Positions 1-9,287 of a stretch of 52,725 nucleotides of DNA are shown here, piece by piece. Under the pieces are notes generated by a model. It made no database searches and was not told where the DNA came from. It was given only the letters and a program-made list of their open reading frames with translations. Source of the stretch: an uncultured Clostridia bacterium. Lineage in GTDB: Bacteria; Bacillota; Clostridia; Christensenellales; UBA1242. Made by a program: the position numbers and the translations under genes. The first letter of the stretch is position 1, and every line of letters starts with the position of its first letter. The stretch covers positions 1 through 52,725 of the forward strand of contig CALVTF010000001.1 in NCBI GenBank assembly GCA_944360025.1, in the 5' to 3' direction.

Positions 1-1
1 T

Positions 2-2182
2 TATAATCAAGCCGTTGTTGACAGAAATTTCCAAAACTTAGATTTTTCTACTGTGAAAAAGGCTCTTACACATGTTATTGAAAACAACCTTTTCAAAGCG
101 GTGATTGCAGATACACTTGGTGATTTTGTTGTAAACTTTGGTGAAATAAAAAATGATATGGGAATTGAACTTCCTAAAATAGCCGATGAGATTATAACGA
201 CTTTACAAGATAGATTTAATACACAAGATTTCAATGCGTATGAATATTTATCAAGCGATTTACTTTCTCTATTAGATATTGTAGATGACTTTGTTCGAAA
301 TGGAAGTTTAATAAAGATTGACAATGTTGATATGGAGAACCTTTCTTCGATTCTAGATTATGTTGTCAGTGATAACATTGTTCTTTCTTCAAGTTTAAAG
401 ACTTTTGTTGGACTTAACTTTGTTTCTGACACATTGCCTATTCTTCTTGATTTTGCAAATGAGCAAATTGCTCCAAATTTTGAAAATGACCAAGGACTTG
501 TGATTGCTATAAATGATAATATAAGTGTTGAAGAATTACAGTCAACAATTTCCACTCTTTTTGAAGGAGGAAATTCTATAGTTTGGCAAGTTAAAGAGTT
601 AGACGAAAATTATAATATTCTTTCTCTTCTTAATAGTGACAATGTATTGGACGCAATTTTAAATATGAATGGAATATCAAATGCACTTGTAGATTTAGGC
701 GGTCTTATGGATGACGTAAATGGTCTTACACTATTTTCTTACACCACACCGAACGGAGAAGTTAAAGCATTTGAAAATCTTTTGATTTTATATGGCGTGG
801 ACCTTTTAGATGACAAGATTACAGATAGAACACAAGACGAGGCTATAGAAATCTCACTATCTACCTACGAAAGCGTGTTTAAATATTTGAGTGAACCTAT
901 TGACCTTATAATTTCAAGCGGTCTTACCGATTTATTAGAAGAAAATGTTGATTTTGACACAATTTTAAATACCATGACCACAAATATCAGCGGTACGGAA
1001 GTTGGCGATGAAAATTATAACTTCCTTGCCGATATTCTCATGCCTTTCTATGAACTTGATGAAATGACGATTAATGGTCAAACATTAAAAGAACTTGTTT
1101 TTGATAATGTTGTTAATTTACTTAAAGATAATTTAGGTGATTATGTTGACCTTGAAACGACACCTGAAACAGAAAATTATGAAACTTGGGAGGCAAGACT
1201 TGTTTCTGTGGCTGAACTTATTGACAGTATGAACGGTGGCGAAATAGAGGTTGAAGGGCAAACAGAGACGCAAACTTATCTTGAATATATGCTCTCTGGA
1301 AATGCTGACTATTTCAACCTTATCACAATTATGAACGAAGATGGGGCTGTAGAAAACCTTCTCAATATTATTTTTGGAAATTCAATGTATTCACCAATTA
1401 ATGAACTTATTTTTAACACAATCGACACACAAATTGGAGAATTTACAGGCTTAAAGCCAACGACAAATATTTCTAATCTTTACACTCAAAAGGCTGAGTA
1501 TATAAATGTTATAACAACCCTAATTTCTTCTCTTGAGACATTGTCATCTTTTGATAATGATATTTTCACTGACCCTAATGCTGACTTACTTGAACCATTT
1601 ACAGCGATAGGAACGGTGCTTGACACATTGAAGGCTTCTGCTCAAAATGGTGTGTTTAAGGAAATTTATATTAATTTTGTTTGGTATATAACAGGTGATG
1701 AAATTGATATTAACGAGCCTACATACCAAGCAAGAGGAGAAACTTCATTTGAATACGCAGACAAAGTGAGAGAATATTTTGGCGTTACAAATCCTGAAAC
1801 AGGTTATTACGAAATTGATTTCAGCGCTGAAATTGCCGACCTTGTTGACTTTATCAAACTTGGCAATCAAATTGTAGAAAACTTGACTAATGCTGACCTT
1901 ACAACAAGTGTAGGTCGAGAAGAATTTGTTACAAACTTAAAAGACACTTTAGACAGCATTGAAAATCCTAAAGAGATTGTTGATAAAGCAACAGAAATTG
2001 TAGACGTAGTTTTGACTGAAGAACAAAAAGAGAAAATTCAGGCTCAAGGTCAAGAAATTGCTAATGCGATTGATGACTATATCTCAAATAACAGTGAAGG
2101 CTTGTCGCAAGATATGCAAGATGCATTGGCAGGACTTAAAGAACTCTTTGGTATTGGTCAAAACACAAACTTGGAGGCTTAA
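2..2182 (+). CDS. 3' part of a gene for a large, strongly acidic (D/E/N/L/I-rich) protein of unknown function; open at the left window edge
   Basis: The frame of ORF 53..2182 stays open back to nt 2 (YNQAVVDRNFQNLDFST precedes the GTG at 53). There is no Shine-Dalgarno before 53, so the gene probably starts upstream of the window. Stop TAA 2180-2182 abuts the rsmH start. No motif recognised. Confidence 0.6.
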   Translation, partial: YNQAVVDRNFQNLDFSTVKKALTHVIENNLFKAVIADTLGDFVVNFGEIKNDMGIELPKIADEIITTLQDRFNTQDFNAYEYLSSDLLSLLDIVDDFVRNGSLIKIDNVDMENLSSILDYVVSDNIVLSSSLKTFVGLNFVSDTLPILLDFANEQIAPNFENDQGLVIAINDNISVEELQSTISTLFEGGNSIVWQVKELDENYNILSLLNSDNVLDAILNMNGISNALVDLGGLMDDVNGLTLFSYTTPNGEVKAFENLLILYGVDLLDDKITDRTQDEAIEISLSTYESVFKYLSEPIDLIISSGLTDLLEENVDFDTILNTMTTNISGTEVGDENYNFLADILMPFYELDEMTINGQTLKELVFDNVVNLLKDNLGDYVDLETTPETENYETWEARLVSVAELIDSMNGGEIEVEGQTETQTYLEYMLSGNADYFNLITIMNEDGAVENLLNIIFGNSMYSPINELIFNTIDTQIGEFTGLKPTTNISNLYTQKAEYINVITTLISSLETLSSFDNDIFTDPNADLLEPFTAIGTVLDTLKASAQNGVFKEIYINFVWYITGDEIDINEPTYQARGETSFEYADKVREYFGVTNPETGYYEIDFSAEIADLVDFIKLGNQIVENLTNADLTTSVGREEFVTNLKDTLDSIENPKEIVDKATEIVDVVLTEEQKEKIQAQGQEIANAIDDYISNNSEGLSQDMQDALAGLKELFGIGQNTNLEA

Positions 2183-3115
2183 GTGGAATTTAAACATACT
2201 CCTATCATGCTTAAGGAAGTGATTGAAGGACTTAAGATAAAGCCAAATGGAATTTACGTTGATTGCACTATTGGCGGGGCTGGTCATTCTCTTGAAATTG
2301 TGAAAAAACTTAAAAATGGCAAACTCTATGGCTTCGACAGAGACGAAGAGGCCATAGAAGCAAGCCAAAACAGATTGCAAAACTATCTTGATAAAGTTGT
2401 AATAACCAAAATGAATTACAAAGATGCTCCAAAATTTTTGAAAGAAAATGTAGGTAAAGTTGATGGAGTTTTGATTGATTTGGGAATAAGTTCCTACCAA
2501 ATAGACGAGGGAAAGAGAGGTTTTAGTTTTCTTCATAATGGCAGACTTGATATGCGTATGGGACAAGACGAAGACACACTAACTGCCTATGATATTGTCA
2601 ATACATATAGCGAAGAAAAATTGAAAGAAATCTTCTTTAAGTATGGAGAAGAAGAATTTTCCAAAATTATTGCCAAAAACATTGTAAAATTTCGTCAAGA
2701 AAAGAAAATAGAAACAACCTTTGAACTTCGTGACATAATTGAAAACAGTTTGCCAAAAAAGGTGGTATATAGCCGAGGCGGAGCAAGCAAAAAGGTTTTT
2801 CAGGCTCTTAGAATTGAAGTAAACGGCGAACTTGATGGACTTGATGAATGTTTAGAAGAATTTATTGACCTTTTAAATGAGGGCGGTCGTATGGCAGTTC
2901 TAACCTTCCATAGTCTTGAAGATAGAATTGTTAAAAATGTCTTTAAAAAGGAAAGTGCAGACTGTATTTGTCCTCCAAAAACTCCTATATGCATTTGTCA
3001 CCATAAGGCGAAAATAAAACTTGTAACCAGAAAACCTATCATGGCAAGCACAGAAGAGCAAAAAGAAAATTCACGTTCAACGTCAGCAAAATTAAGAATT
3101 ATTGAGCGAATATAG
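2183..3115 (+). CDS. rsmH: 16S rRNA (cytosine1402-N4)-methyltransferase RsmH/MraW
   Basis: 310 aa with RsmH signatures HTPIMLKEV, SAM-binding DCTIGGAGHS, DLGISSYQID and FHSLEDRIVK. GTG start lies 5 nt after GGAGG (2173-2177). Located upstream of the FtsL-position gene and PBP, as in dcw clusters. Confidence 0.95.
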   Translation: MEFKHTPIMLKEVIEGLKIKPNGIYVDCTIGGAGHSLEIVKKLKNGKLYGFDRDEEAIEASQNRLQNYLDKVVITKMNYKDAPKFLKENVGKVDGVLIDLGISSYQIDEGKRGFSFLHNGRLDMRMGQDEDTLTAYDIVNTYSEEKLKEIFFKYGEEEFSKIIAKNIVKFRQEKKIETTFELRDIIENSLPKKVVYSRGGASKKVFQALRIEVNGELDGLDECLEEFIDLLNEGGRMAVLTFHSLEDRIVKNVFKKESADCICPPKTPICICHHKAKIKLVTRKPIMASTEEQKENSRSTSAKLRIIERI

Positions 3116-3167
3116 CCTAATTTGTTTTTAATAAAATCATAAAAAACTAAGGAGGTTAATATATTAT

Positions 3168-3965
3168 ATGGACAGGTTAGAACCACTAGTTGAGCAAAAG
3201 ATAGAGAAAAAAGAAGACACTATAAAAAAAGAAGAGAGTAAAAGCGTACAAGCGGAAAAGAAAGAGGTCCCTACAAAGAAAATTTCGCTAAAAAAAGAAA
3301 GTATAAAACAGGCAATCTCAATTGTCGTAGAATCTAAAAATGAAGAAAAAATTGTAGAGCCGGTTGAACAAGAAGAACTTGAAAAAGAATTGCCGGCGAC
3401 CAATTCCTATGTTTCAAACTTTGAGAATCTGACAATCTCTGACGTAAAAAAAGAGATGGAAGAAGAGGAAAAGGAAAGATTAGCCAAAGAGAAAAAAGAA
3501 ATTGCCGACAATTTTGTAGAAGAGAAATTTTCTCCAACTCTCAATGCTGAAGAAGAAAATGAACCTAATGAGAACTTAGAAAAAGAAAAACCTGTCAAAA
3601 AACTTGTTATTGAAAAACCAAATTATGATTTCATTCCTGATAAAAAAGGAAAAATAAAAGAAAAGAAAAAAAGTAAATTAAAAACCGTGGCTGTGGCATG
3701 TGCACTTGCAGTGGCAACGGTGGGATGCGTGGCTGGCTCTGTGCTTGTTGATAATTTACAAAGTTCATATATAGAACTTCAAGATGAATACAATTTGAAC
3801 CTTCTATCATATTTAAGAAATATCAACAATCTAAATGCCACAAATAGTAGTATGGATTTTCTTGAAACCTATCCAGAAGATTTAACAGAACCATCATCTA
3901 TTGGCGAATCTTCAAATTGGTTTGATAATTTGGCGAATTTCATAGCAGGAATATTTGGAGGGTAA
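3168..3965 (+). CDS. bitopic membrane protein at the FtsL position of the dcw block, with a long K/E-rich cytoplasmic N-terminus
   Basis: 265 aa with AAGGAGG at 3149-3155. About 170 aa of K/E-rich low-complexity N-terminus, one TM helix (TVAVACALAVATVGCVAGSVLV), and a ~70-aa C-terminal part with heptad-like YIELQDEYNLNLLSYLRNINNL. Its stop abuts the PBP start (3966). The FtsL-like role is inferred from position only. Confidence 0.45.
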   Translation: MDRLEPLVEQKIEKKEDTIKKEESKSVQAEKKEVPTKKISLKKESIKQAISIVVESKNEEKIVEPVEQEELEKELPATNSYVSNFENLTISDVKKEMEEEEKERLAKEKKEIADNFVEEKFSPTLNAEEENEPNENLEKEKPVKKLVIEKPNYDFIPDKKGKIKEKKKSKLKTVAVACALAVATVGCVAGSVLVDNLQSSYIELQDEYNLNLLSYLRNINNLNATNSSMDFLETYPEDLTEPSSIGESSNWFDNLANFIAGIFGG

Positions 3966-5864
3966 ATGAAGACGCCTTACACCTTATATTCAATGCAAAA
4001 GAGAATTTTAGCGATATGTTTAGTTTTAATTCTTCTCGCATTGACATTGGGTGTGAGGCTTTTTATTGTGCAAATAATAAACGGAAAAAATCTGCAAATA
4101 AGGGCAACTGACCAATGGACAAGAGATTTATCATTAACCGCACCTCGAGGAACAATATATGACTCAACAGGCGATACGCTTGCCGTTTCTTACACAACAT
4201 ATAATGTCTATGTTAGGGGAAGAGAGGTGCAAAATGCCGAAGAGACGGCACAAAAACTATCCACACTTTTAGATTTAAACTATGAATCCACATTAAAAAA
4301 AGTAAGCAATAAAAATATTTCAGAAAGTTTACTTAAAATGCAAATTGAAAGCGAAGTCGCACAAGAGATATACAATCTAAAACTTGATGGAGTATATTTG
4401 TCGGAAAATGTAGGCAGATATTATATCTACGGCGACCTATTGACTCAATTATTAGGATTTACTAGCATTGACGGAACAGGACAATCAGGTGTTGAGGCAT
4501 ACTTTAATGAATATTTAACAGGTGTTGACGGCTATAGTTATGTTCAAAGTGACCTTCAAGGCAAAGAAATTGGCGGAAATTTGAGATATTATGTCAAAGG
4601 TGTCGCTGGTGACGATATTCATTTAACAATCAACAGTAAAATCCAAATAATTTTAGAGAATATTCTAATAAAAGCATATGAAGAGCAACAAGCCAAGGCG
4701 GTAACAGGTATGGTGATGGAGGCAAAAACGGGCAAAGTGCTTGCTATATCTTCAAAGCCTAGTTTTGATTTAAATAATGTTCCTCGAGATGATCTTGAAA
4801 GTTTGTTTAATTATTCTCGTATGAGCGCGGTGACGGATTCATTTGAACCGGGCTCCACTTTCAAGATTTTGACAGTGGCTGCTGCATTAGAAGAAGGCGT
4901 TGTTTCGCTTGATGACACCTTTTATTGTCCGGGCTATCGAATTGTTGATGGGCAGAGGATTAAGTGCTGGAAAACAATAGGCCATGGTTCGCAAACTCTT
5001 GCAGAGGCATTTTCTAATTCATGTAACTGTTGTTTTATCGACCTTGCTTTGCGACTTGGTGTGGATAAGTTTTATGAATATCTTGAAAAGTTTGGGGTGG
5101 GAACGAAAACAGGAATAACCGTTCAAGGCGAAAGTTCGGGAATTGTTATGCCAAAAGAAAATGTTAAAACAGTTGATCTTGCACGTATGGGCTTTGGTCA
5201 TGCAATCGCGGTTACGCCTATTCAACTTCTATCTATTGTAACAGCAATAACCAATGGAGGAGTTTATCATACTCCAAGTATTGTCGAAGAAATTAAGGAC
5301 GTTTATGGCTCAACGACATACACTCCTAATACGTCAAGCAAAAGGTTAATTTCAGAAAAAACCAGCAAAATTATCAATTCATTTTTAAAACTTACCACAA
5401 ACAAAACGGGCGAATATACTTTTGTTGAGGGGTACAATATAGGTGGAAAGACCGGCACGGCACAAAAATATGGTGAAAATGGACAAATAGCACAAGGAAA
5501 ATATATTTCAAGTTTTATTGGAACATATCCTGCTGACGAGCCAGAATATATATTTATGATAATGGTAGATGAACCAAGTGCAGGTGCATATTATGGCTCT
5601 CTTGTTGCAGCACCATATGGTAAAGAGTTTTTCAGTTCACTTTTTGATTATCTCGACCAACCAAAAGATGATGAGTCAGCAAAGCGAGTAGAGGTCATTA
5701 TGCCAAATCTTATTGGGCAAAGTTTGGCAAATGCAGTTTCAACATTAAAAAAACTTAATCTGTACTATGAGATAGACGGCGAAGGTGGTGTTGTTACAGG
5801 ACAATTACCTCCAGCAGGAACAATTTGTTATGAAGGGGAAACAATTTTAATTTCCACTGCTTAA
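3966..5864 (+). CDS. class B penicillin-binding protein (FtsI/PBP2B-type transpeptidase) with C-terminal PASTA domain
   Basis: 632 aa with an N-terminal TM anchor. Transpeptidase motifs SxxK = STFK (EPGSTFK), SxN = SNS and KTG = GKTGTA. PASTA-like C-terminus (PNLIGQSLANAVSTLKKLNL...GETILIS). dcw context. Confidence 0.93.
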   Translation: MKTPYTLYSMQKRILAICLVLILLALTLGVRLFIVQIINGKNLQIRATDQWTRDLSLTAPRGTIYDSTGDTLAVSYTTYNVYVRGREVQNAEETAQKLSTLLDLNYESTLKKVSNKNISESLLKMQIESEVAQEIYNLKLDGVYLSENVGRYYIYGDLLTQLLGFTSIDGTGQSGVEAYFNEYLTGVDGYSYVQSDLQGKEIGGNLRYYVKGVAGDDIHLTINSKIQIILENILIKAYEEQQAKAVTGMVMEAKTGKVLAISSKPSFDLNNVPRDDLESLFNYSRMSAVTDSFEPGSTFKILTVAAALEEGVVSLDDTFYCPGYRIVDGQRIKCWKTIGHGSQTLAEAFSNSCNCCFIDLALRLGVDKFYEYLEKFGVGTKTGITVQGESSGIVMPKENVKTVDLARMGFGHAIAVTPIQLLSIVTAITNGGVYHTPSIVEEIKDVYGSTTYTPNTSSKRLISEKTSKIINSFLKLTTNKTGEYTFVEGYNIGGKTGTAQKYGENGQIAQGKYISSFIGTYPADEPEYIFMIMVDEPSAGAYYGSLVAAPYGKEFFSSLFDYLDQPKDDESAKRVEVIMPNLIGQSLANAVSTLKKLNLYYEIDGEGGVVTGQLPPAGTICYEGETILISTA

Positions 5865-5887
5865 GATTTGCAATTTCAAAGAAAGTA

Positions 5888-6622
5888 TTGTATAATATTA
5901 ATATGTGGGTGTATATTGTCATAGGAATAGGGGTAGTTTTTCTGTTAATACTTTGTTTTTGCCTTGCTGTTGCGAACTTTTCTTTTGATAATTTCAAGGA
6001 GAAACGCGATGAGGCAAGAAGGTATGGAAACTCTCTTGACATGACGGTTGAAGAGTTTGTGGAGGACGTTATAGCCAAACACCTTAAAGGAAATTTAAAA
6101 ATTGAAACTTGCGAAGAATACCAAGACCATTTCCGGGTTGGTGCGATTGCGTTAAGTCAAAGTACACGAAGATCAAACAGTCTGGCGACTTTTTCCACTG
6201 TAAGCCACGAACTTGGTCATGCCATTCAATATGAAAAAGGCGAACTCACAAAACATTGGCAAAAAAGACAGAAAAATCGCTTAATAGGAAAATTCTTTTT
6301 ACCATTTGTTATTTTAGGTTTAGTTTTTTCTATATTAGGACTTGTCAACGTATTGCCGTTTTATGTTGTGTATATTGGCATTGCATTTTTTGGATTAAGT
6401 TTTCTCATTTTCCTAATTGCCATATATATGAAATATTTGGAAATTAAAATTGAGAAAGGTGCATCCAAATATGCCATCGAAGTGCTGGGCAAGTATCTAA
6501 ACGCTGAGGAACTAAAAATTTGTAAAGAATTTTTAGACTCTGCAAGACTGACCTATTGGGGAAGTTTATTTAGAACGATGCTTGGCTGGACATTTTTAAC
6601 AAAAAGTGATAAAATGTTCTAA
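5888..6622 (+). CDS. membrane-associated zinc metallopeptidase, YugP-like (putative neutral zinc metallopeptidase family)
   Basis: HExxH = HELGHAIQ, with an N-terminal TM helix and hydrophobic helices in the C-terminal third, as in YugP-type proteins. The start is ambiguous: TTG 5888 (ORF track) or ATG 5903. Neither has a clear RBS. Confidence 0.72.
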   Translation: MYNINMWVYIVIGIGVVFLLILCFCLAVANFSFDNFKEKRDEARRYGNSLDMTVEEFVEDVIAKHLKGNLKIETCEEYQDHFRVGAIALSQSTRRSNSLATFSTVSHELGHAIQYEKGELTKHWQKRQKNRLIGKFFLPFVILGLVFSILGLVNVLPFYVVYIGIAFFGLSFLIFLIAIYMKYLEIKIEKGASKYAIEVLGKYLNAEELKICKEFLDSARLTYWGSLFRTMLGWTFLTKSDKMF

Positions 6623-6666
6623 GGTGGTACATGCCAACATATATAAAATTAAAAAAGGAGGAAACT

Positions 6667-6900
6667 ATGAAGGATATTATTCGTACTTTTGATGGCTTTC
6701 CAAAGTGGGCTAAGTTTATCTTAGCATTGCCTGTACTTGATATTGTTTGGGCAGTATATCGTCTTTGCAAGTCTATTGATAAGAAAAACACTCTCGGAAT
6801 TATTCTTGCCATCTTAATGCTTATCTTCTGTCCTGTAATATTCTGGCTTGTAGATATAATCACAATATTAGTTTGGGACAAAGTAATTTGGCTTGACTAA
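6667..6900 (+). CDS. small (77 aa) two-TM membrane protein, unknown function
   Basis: The ORF track starts at 6631, but the ATG at 6667 has a far better RBS (AAGGAGG 6655-6661, 5-nt spacer). Two hydrophobic helices (FILALPVLDIVWAVY; GIILAILMLIFCPVIFWLVDIITILVW). Confidence 0.6.
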   Translation: MKDIIRTFDGFPKWAKFILALPVLDIVWAVYRLCKSIDKKNTLGIILAILMLIFCPVIFWLVDIITILVWDKVIWLD

Positions 6901-6906
6901 AAATAA

Positions 6907-6936
6907 AAAACAAGGCATAAAAATCAGCCTTGTTTT
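6907..6936. terminator. bidirectional intrinsic terminator between convergent genes
   Basis: 10-bp stem AAAACAAGGC (6907-6916) / GCCTTGTTTT (6927-6936) with a 10-nt loop. A-run upstream and T-run downstream. Confidence 0.7.
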
Positions 6937-6940
6937 ATTT

Positions 6941-7402
6941 TTACTTTGTATGAGATGGAAATAATTTTGAAACCAAATGTTGTGCGAAATTGTTTGTTTT
7001 ATGTTGTGGAATAATTGAAGTTGGAGAAAGAGAACCATCTTTATTTACTTCATACATTTTTAAGCCTGAATTATCTTTATGATAGTAAGTAGTGCTTCTT
7101 CCCCTATCATTAATAAGCAAAGAATTTTTTACAACCTTTTTATGAAAGTTTGTGGTGTACAAAATTGTTTCCGTGATAGAATAACTATTTCCTTCGTCAA
7201 GGTTAGCATTAATTCTAAAGGTTTTTGAAATGTTTATAGGTTTGCCAGACTTTATCTTGCTGTCATAGACAATATATTCTCCGCTTCTATTAATATTTTC
7301 AAAAACTTCGTCAGAACTTAAAATATCCTCAACAAAGTTTTTTAAATGTTTGTCATCTGTAGATAACAATTTAATAATTCTTTTTCTAATATTTAAACTC
7401 AT
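6941..7402 (-). CDS. hypothetical protein (153 aa)
   Basis: Clean ORF convergent with the upstream gene and sharing the terminator. No recognisable motif. Confidence 0.55.
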   Translation of the reverse strand: MSLNIRKRIIKLLSTDDKHLKNFVEDILSSDEVFENINRSGEYIVYDSKIKSGKPINISKTFRINANLDEGNSYSITETILYTTNFHKKVVKNSLLINDRGRSTTYYHKDNSGLKMYEVNKDGSLSPTSIIPQHKTNNFAQHLVSKLFPSHTK

Positions 7403-7512
7403 TTTTTATAACCTCTCTTTTAACGTGATTATATTATATATTAAAAATAAATTAATTTCAATACTTTTTTTAAAATATAATAAATTTTTTAATAATTTTG
7501 TTTATTATTTTA

Positions 7513-7541
7513 TTGACAAAACATATTATAAAGATTATAAT
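7513..7541 (+). promoter_or_regulatory. sigma-A type promoter for the glyQS leader
   Basis: Consensus -35 TTGACA (7513-7518), a 17-nt spacer, and consensus -10 TATAAT (7536-7541). Confidence 0.7.
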
Positions 7542-7549
7542 AAAACTGT

Positions 7550-7698
7550 TTTTAAATTTGCTGTTGAAAGAATTGGCAACTCTGGAGGCAAACGCTTGCA
7601 CCTTGCGAAAAGGTGAAAACGAGGCAAAGAAATTTGCGAAATAGGGTGGAACAGCGGTTAAAAGTCGCCCCTATGCTGAAAAAGCATAGGGGCTTTTT
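7550..7698 (+). promoter_or_regulatory. T-box riboswitch leader, glycine specific
   Basis: T-box sequence AAATAGGGTGGAACAGCGG (7639-7657), whose UGGA (7647-7650) would pair with the UCCA end of tRNA-Gly (discriminator U). Candidate specifier GGC at 7587-7589 followed by A. Terminator GCCCCTATGCT (7667-7677) / AGCATAGGGGC (7683-7693) plus TTTTT. Lies directly upstream of glyQS. Confidence 0.88.
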
Positions 7699-7769
7699 AT
7701 TTAAGAATACAAGAATAGTTCAAAATAAAAGAGTGTAATCTTATTTAAAGGCATAAAAGGAGAAAGAAA

Positions 7770-9140
7770 ATGGATAAAAATTTGACAATGGAAAAACTTG
7801 TAAATCTTTGTAAAGCGAGAGGTTTTGTTTTTCAAGGAAGTGAAATTTATGGCGGATTTGCTAACACTTGGGATTTTGGGCCGGTCGGTGTTGAACTTAA
7901 AAATAATATTAAAAAGGCATGGTGGAAAAGATTTGTTCAAGAGGACCCTATGGCTTATGGTGTGGACGCGGCGATTCTTATGAATCCACGCGTTTGGGAG
8001 GCAAGTGGGCATGTTCAAAGTTTTTCTGACCCTCAACTTGATTGTAAGTCTTGTAAATACCGTTTCCGTGCTGACAATTTAATAGAAGAAAAATTTAAGG
8101 ATGTTGACGTCGAGAGAATGACCACAAAAGAGATGGAAGATTATATTAACGAGCATAAAATTAAATGTCCTCATTGTGGAAATTTTAATTGGACACCAAT
8201 TCGTCAATTTAAACTTATGTTTGAGACCAGCCGTGGAACAGTTGAAGGTGAAAAGGATATTGTTTATCTTCGTCCAGAGACTTGCCAAGGCGAATATGTC
8301 AACTTTTTGAATGTTCAAAGAACTATGCGGGCTAAAGTGCCATTTGCAATAGCACAAATTGGAAAATCTTTCCGAAATGAAATAACACCTGGAAATTTCT
8401 TGTTTAGAACTGTAGAGTTTGAACAAATGGAGCTTCAAATGTTTTGTCATCCTAATGAGTCAATGGATATATATAATAAGTACAAAGAAAGAGCAATGAA
8501 TTTTGTCGAGGAACTTGGGCTTACCAAAGATAACCTTCGTTTCCATGACCATGAAAAACTTGCTCACTATGCAAAGGCAGCATGCGACATACAATATCAA
8601 TTTCCAATAGGCTGGCAAGAACTTAATGGAATCCACCACCGTGGAGATTGGGATTTGTCACGTCACTCTGAATTTAGTGGAAAAAATATGGAATACCTTG
8701 ACCCATATACAAACGAGAAATATCTTCCAAACGTAATTGAATATTCAATAGGTGCAGATAGATTAACACTTGCCATAATGAGCGAGGCTTATGAAGAGGA
8801 AACATTAGAAAATGGCGAGACAAGAGTGGTTATGCACTTTAAACCATTTTTAGCACCTTTCAAAGTTGCCGTATTACCACTTCAAAAGAATTTAAGTGAA
8901 AAGGCAAAAGAAGTTTACAAAATTCTCTCTAAAGAATTTATGTGTGATTATGATGAAGCAGGTTCAATCGGGAAACGTTATCGTCGTCAAGATGAAATTG
9001 GAACACCATACTGTGTAACTATTGACTTTGACACTTTGGAAAATAATACGGTAACCATTCGCGATCGTGATACAATGGAACAAATAAGACTGCCAATTCA
9101 AGACCTTGTGTCTTATATTCAAAAGGCTATTAAATTTTAA
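7770..9140 (+). CDS. glyQS: glycine--tRNA ligase, single-chain (alpha2) type
   Basis: 456 aa. N-terminus MEKLVNLCKARGFVFQGSEIYGGFANTWDFGPVGVELKNNIKKAWW is typical of GlyQS. Class II core and C-terminal anticodon-binding region (VAVLPL...GKRYRRQDEIGTPYCVTID). AGGAGA RBS, preceded by the Gly T-box. Confidence 0.95.
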   Translation: MDKNLTMEKLVNLCKARGFVFQGSEIYGGFANTWDFGPVGVELKNNIKKAWWKRFVQEDPMAYGVDAAILMNPRVWEASGHVQSFSDPQLDCKSCKYRFRADNLIEEKFKDVDVERMTTKEMEDYINEHKIKCPHCGNFNWTPIRQFKLMFETSRGTVEGEKDIVYLRPETCQGEYVNFLNVQRTMRAKVPFAIAQIGKSFRNEITPGNFLFRTVEFEQMELQMFCHPNESMDIYNKYKERAMNFVEELGLTKDNLRFHDHEKLAHYAKAACDIQYQFPIGWQELNGIHHRGDWDLSRHSEFSGKNMEYLDPYTNEKYLPNVIEYSIGADRLTLAIMSEAYEEETLENGETRVVMHFKPFLAPFKVAVLPLQKNLSEKAKEVYKILSKEFMCDYDEAGSIGKRYRRQDEIGTPYCVTIDFDTLENNTVTIRDRDTMEQIRLPIQDLVSYIQKAIKF

Positions 9141-9228
9141 ATATTTGTTAAATTGTATGATAATATTGAAAATAATATATATTTCTAACAATATTTTGCA
9201 TTTTTAAATCAAAACTTATAAATATATA

Positions 9229-9257
9229 TTGACAAATAAAACTATATATGCTTTAAT
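9229..9257 (+). promoter_or_regulatory. candidate promoter of the glycosyltransferase gene
   Basis: -35 TTGACA (9229-9234), a 17-nt spacer, then extended -10 TGcTTTAAT (9249-9257). Confidence 0.45.
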
Positions 9258-9287
9258 TTAATCAGATTAAAATTTTTGGAGTTAGGG

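Noticed and set aside
7350-7616. 88-aa ORF in the ORF track spanning the spacer upstream of glyQS
   Set aside because: It overlaps the consensus promoter and the T-box leader, is made of AT-rich low-complexity codons, and has no RBS. The region is fully explained as regulatory RNA and promoter.
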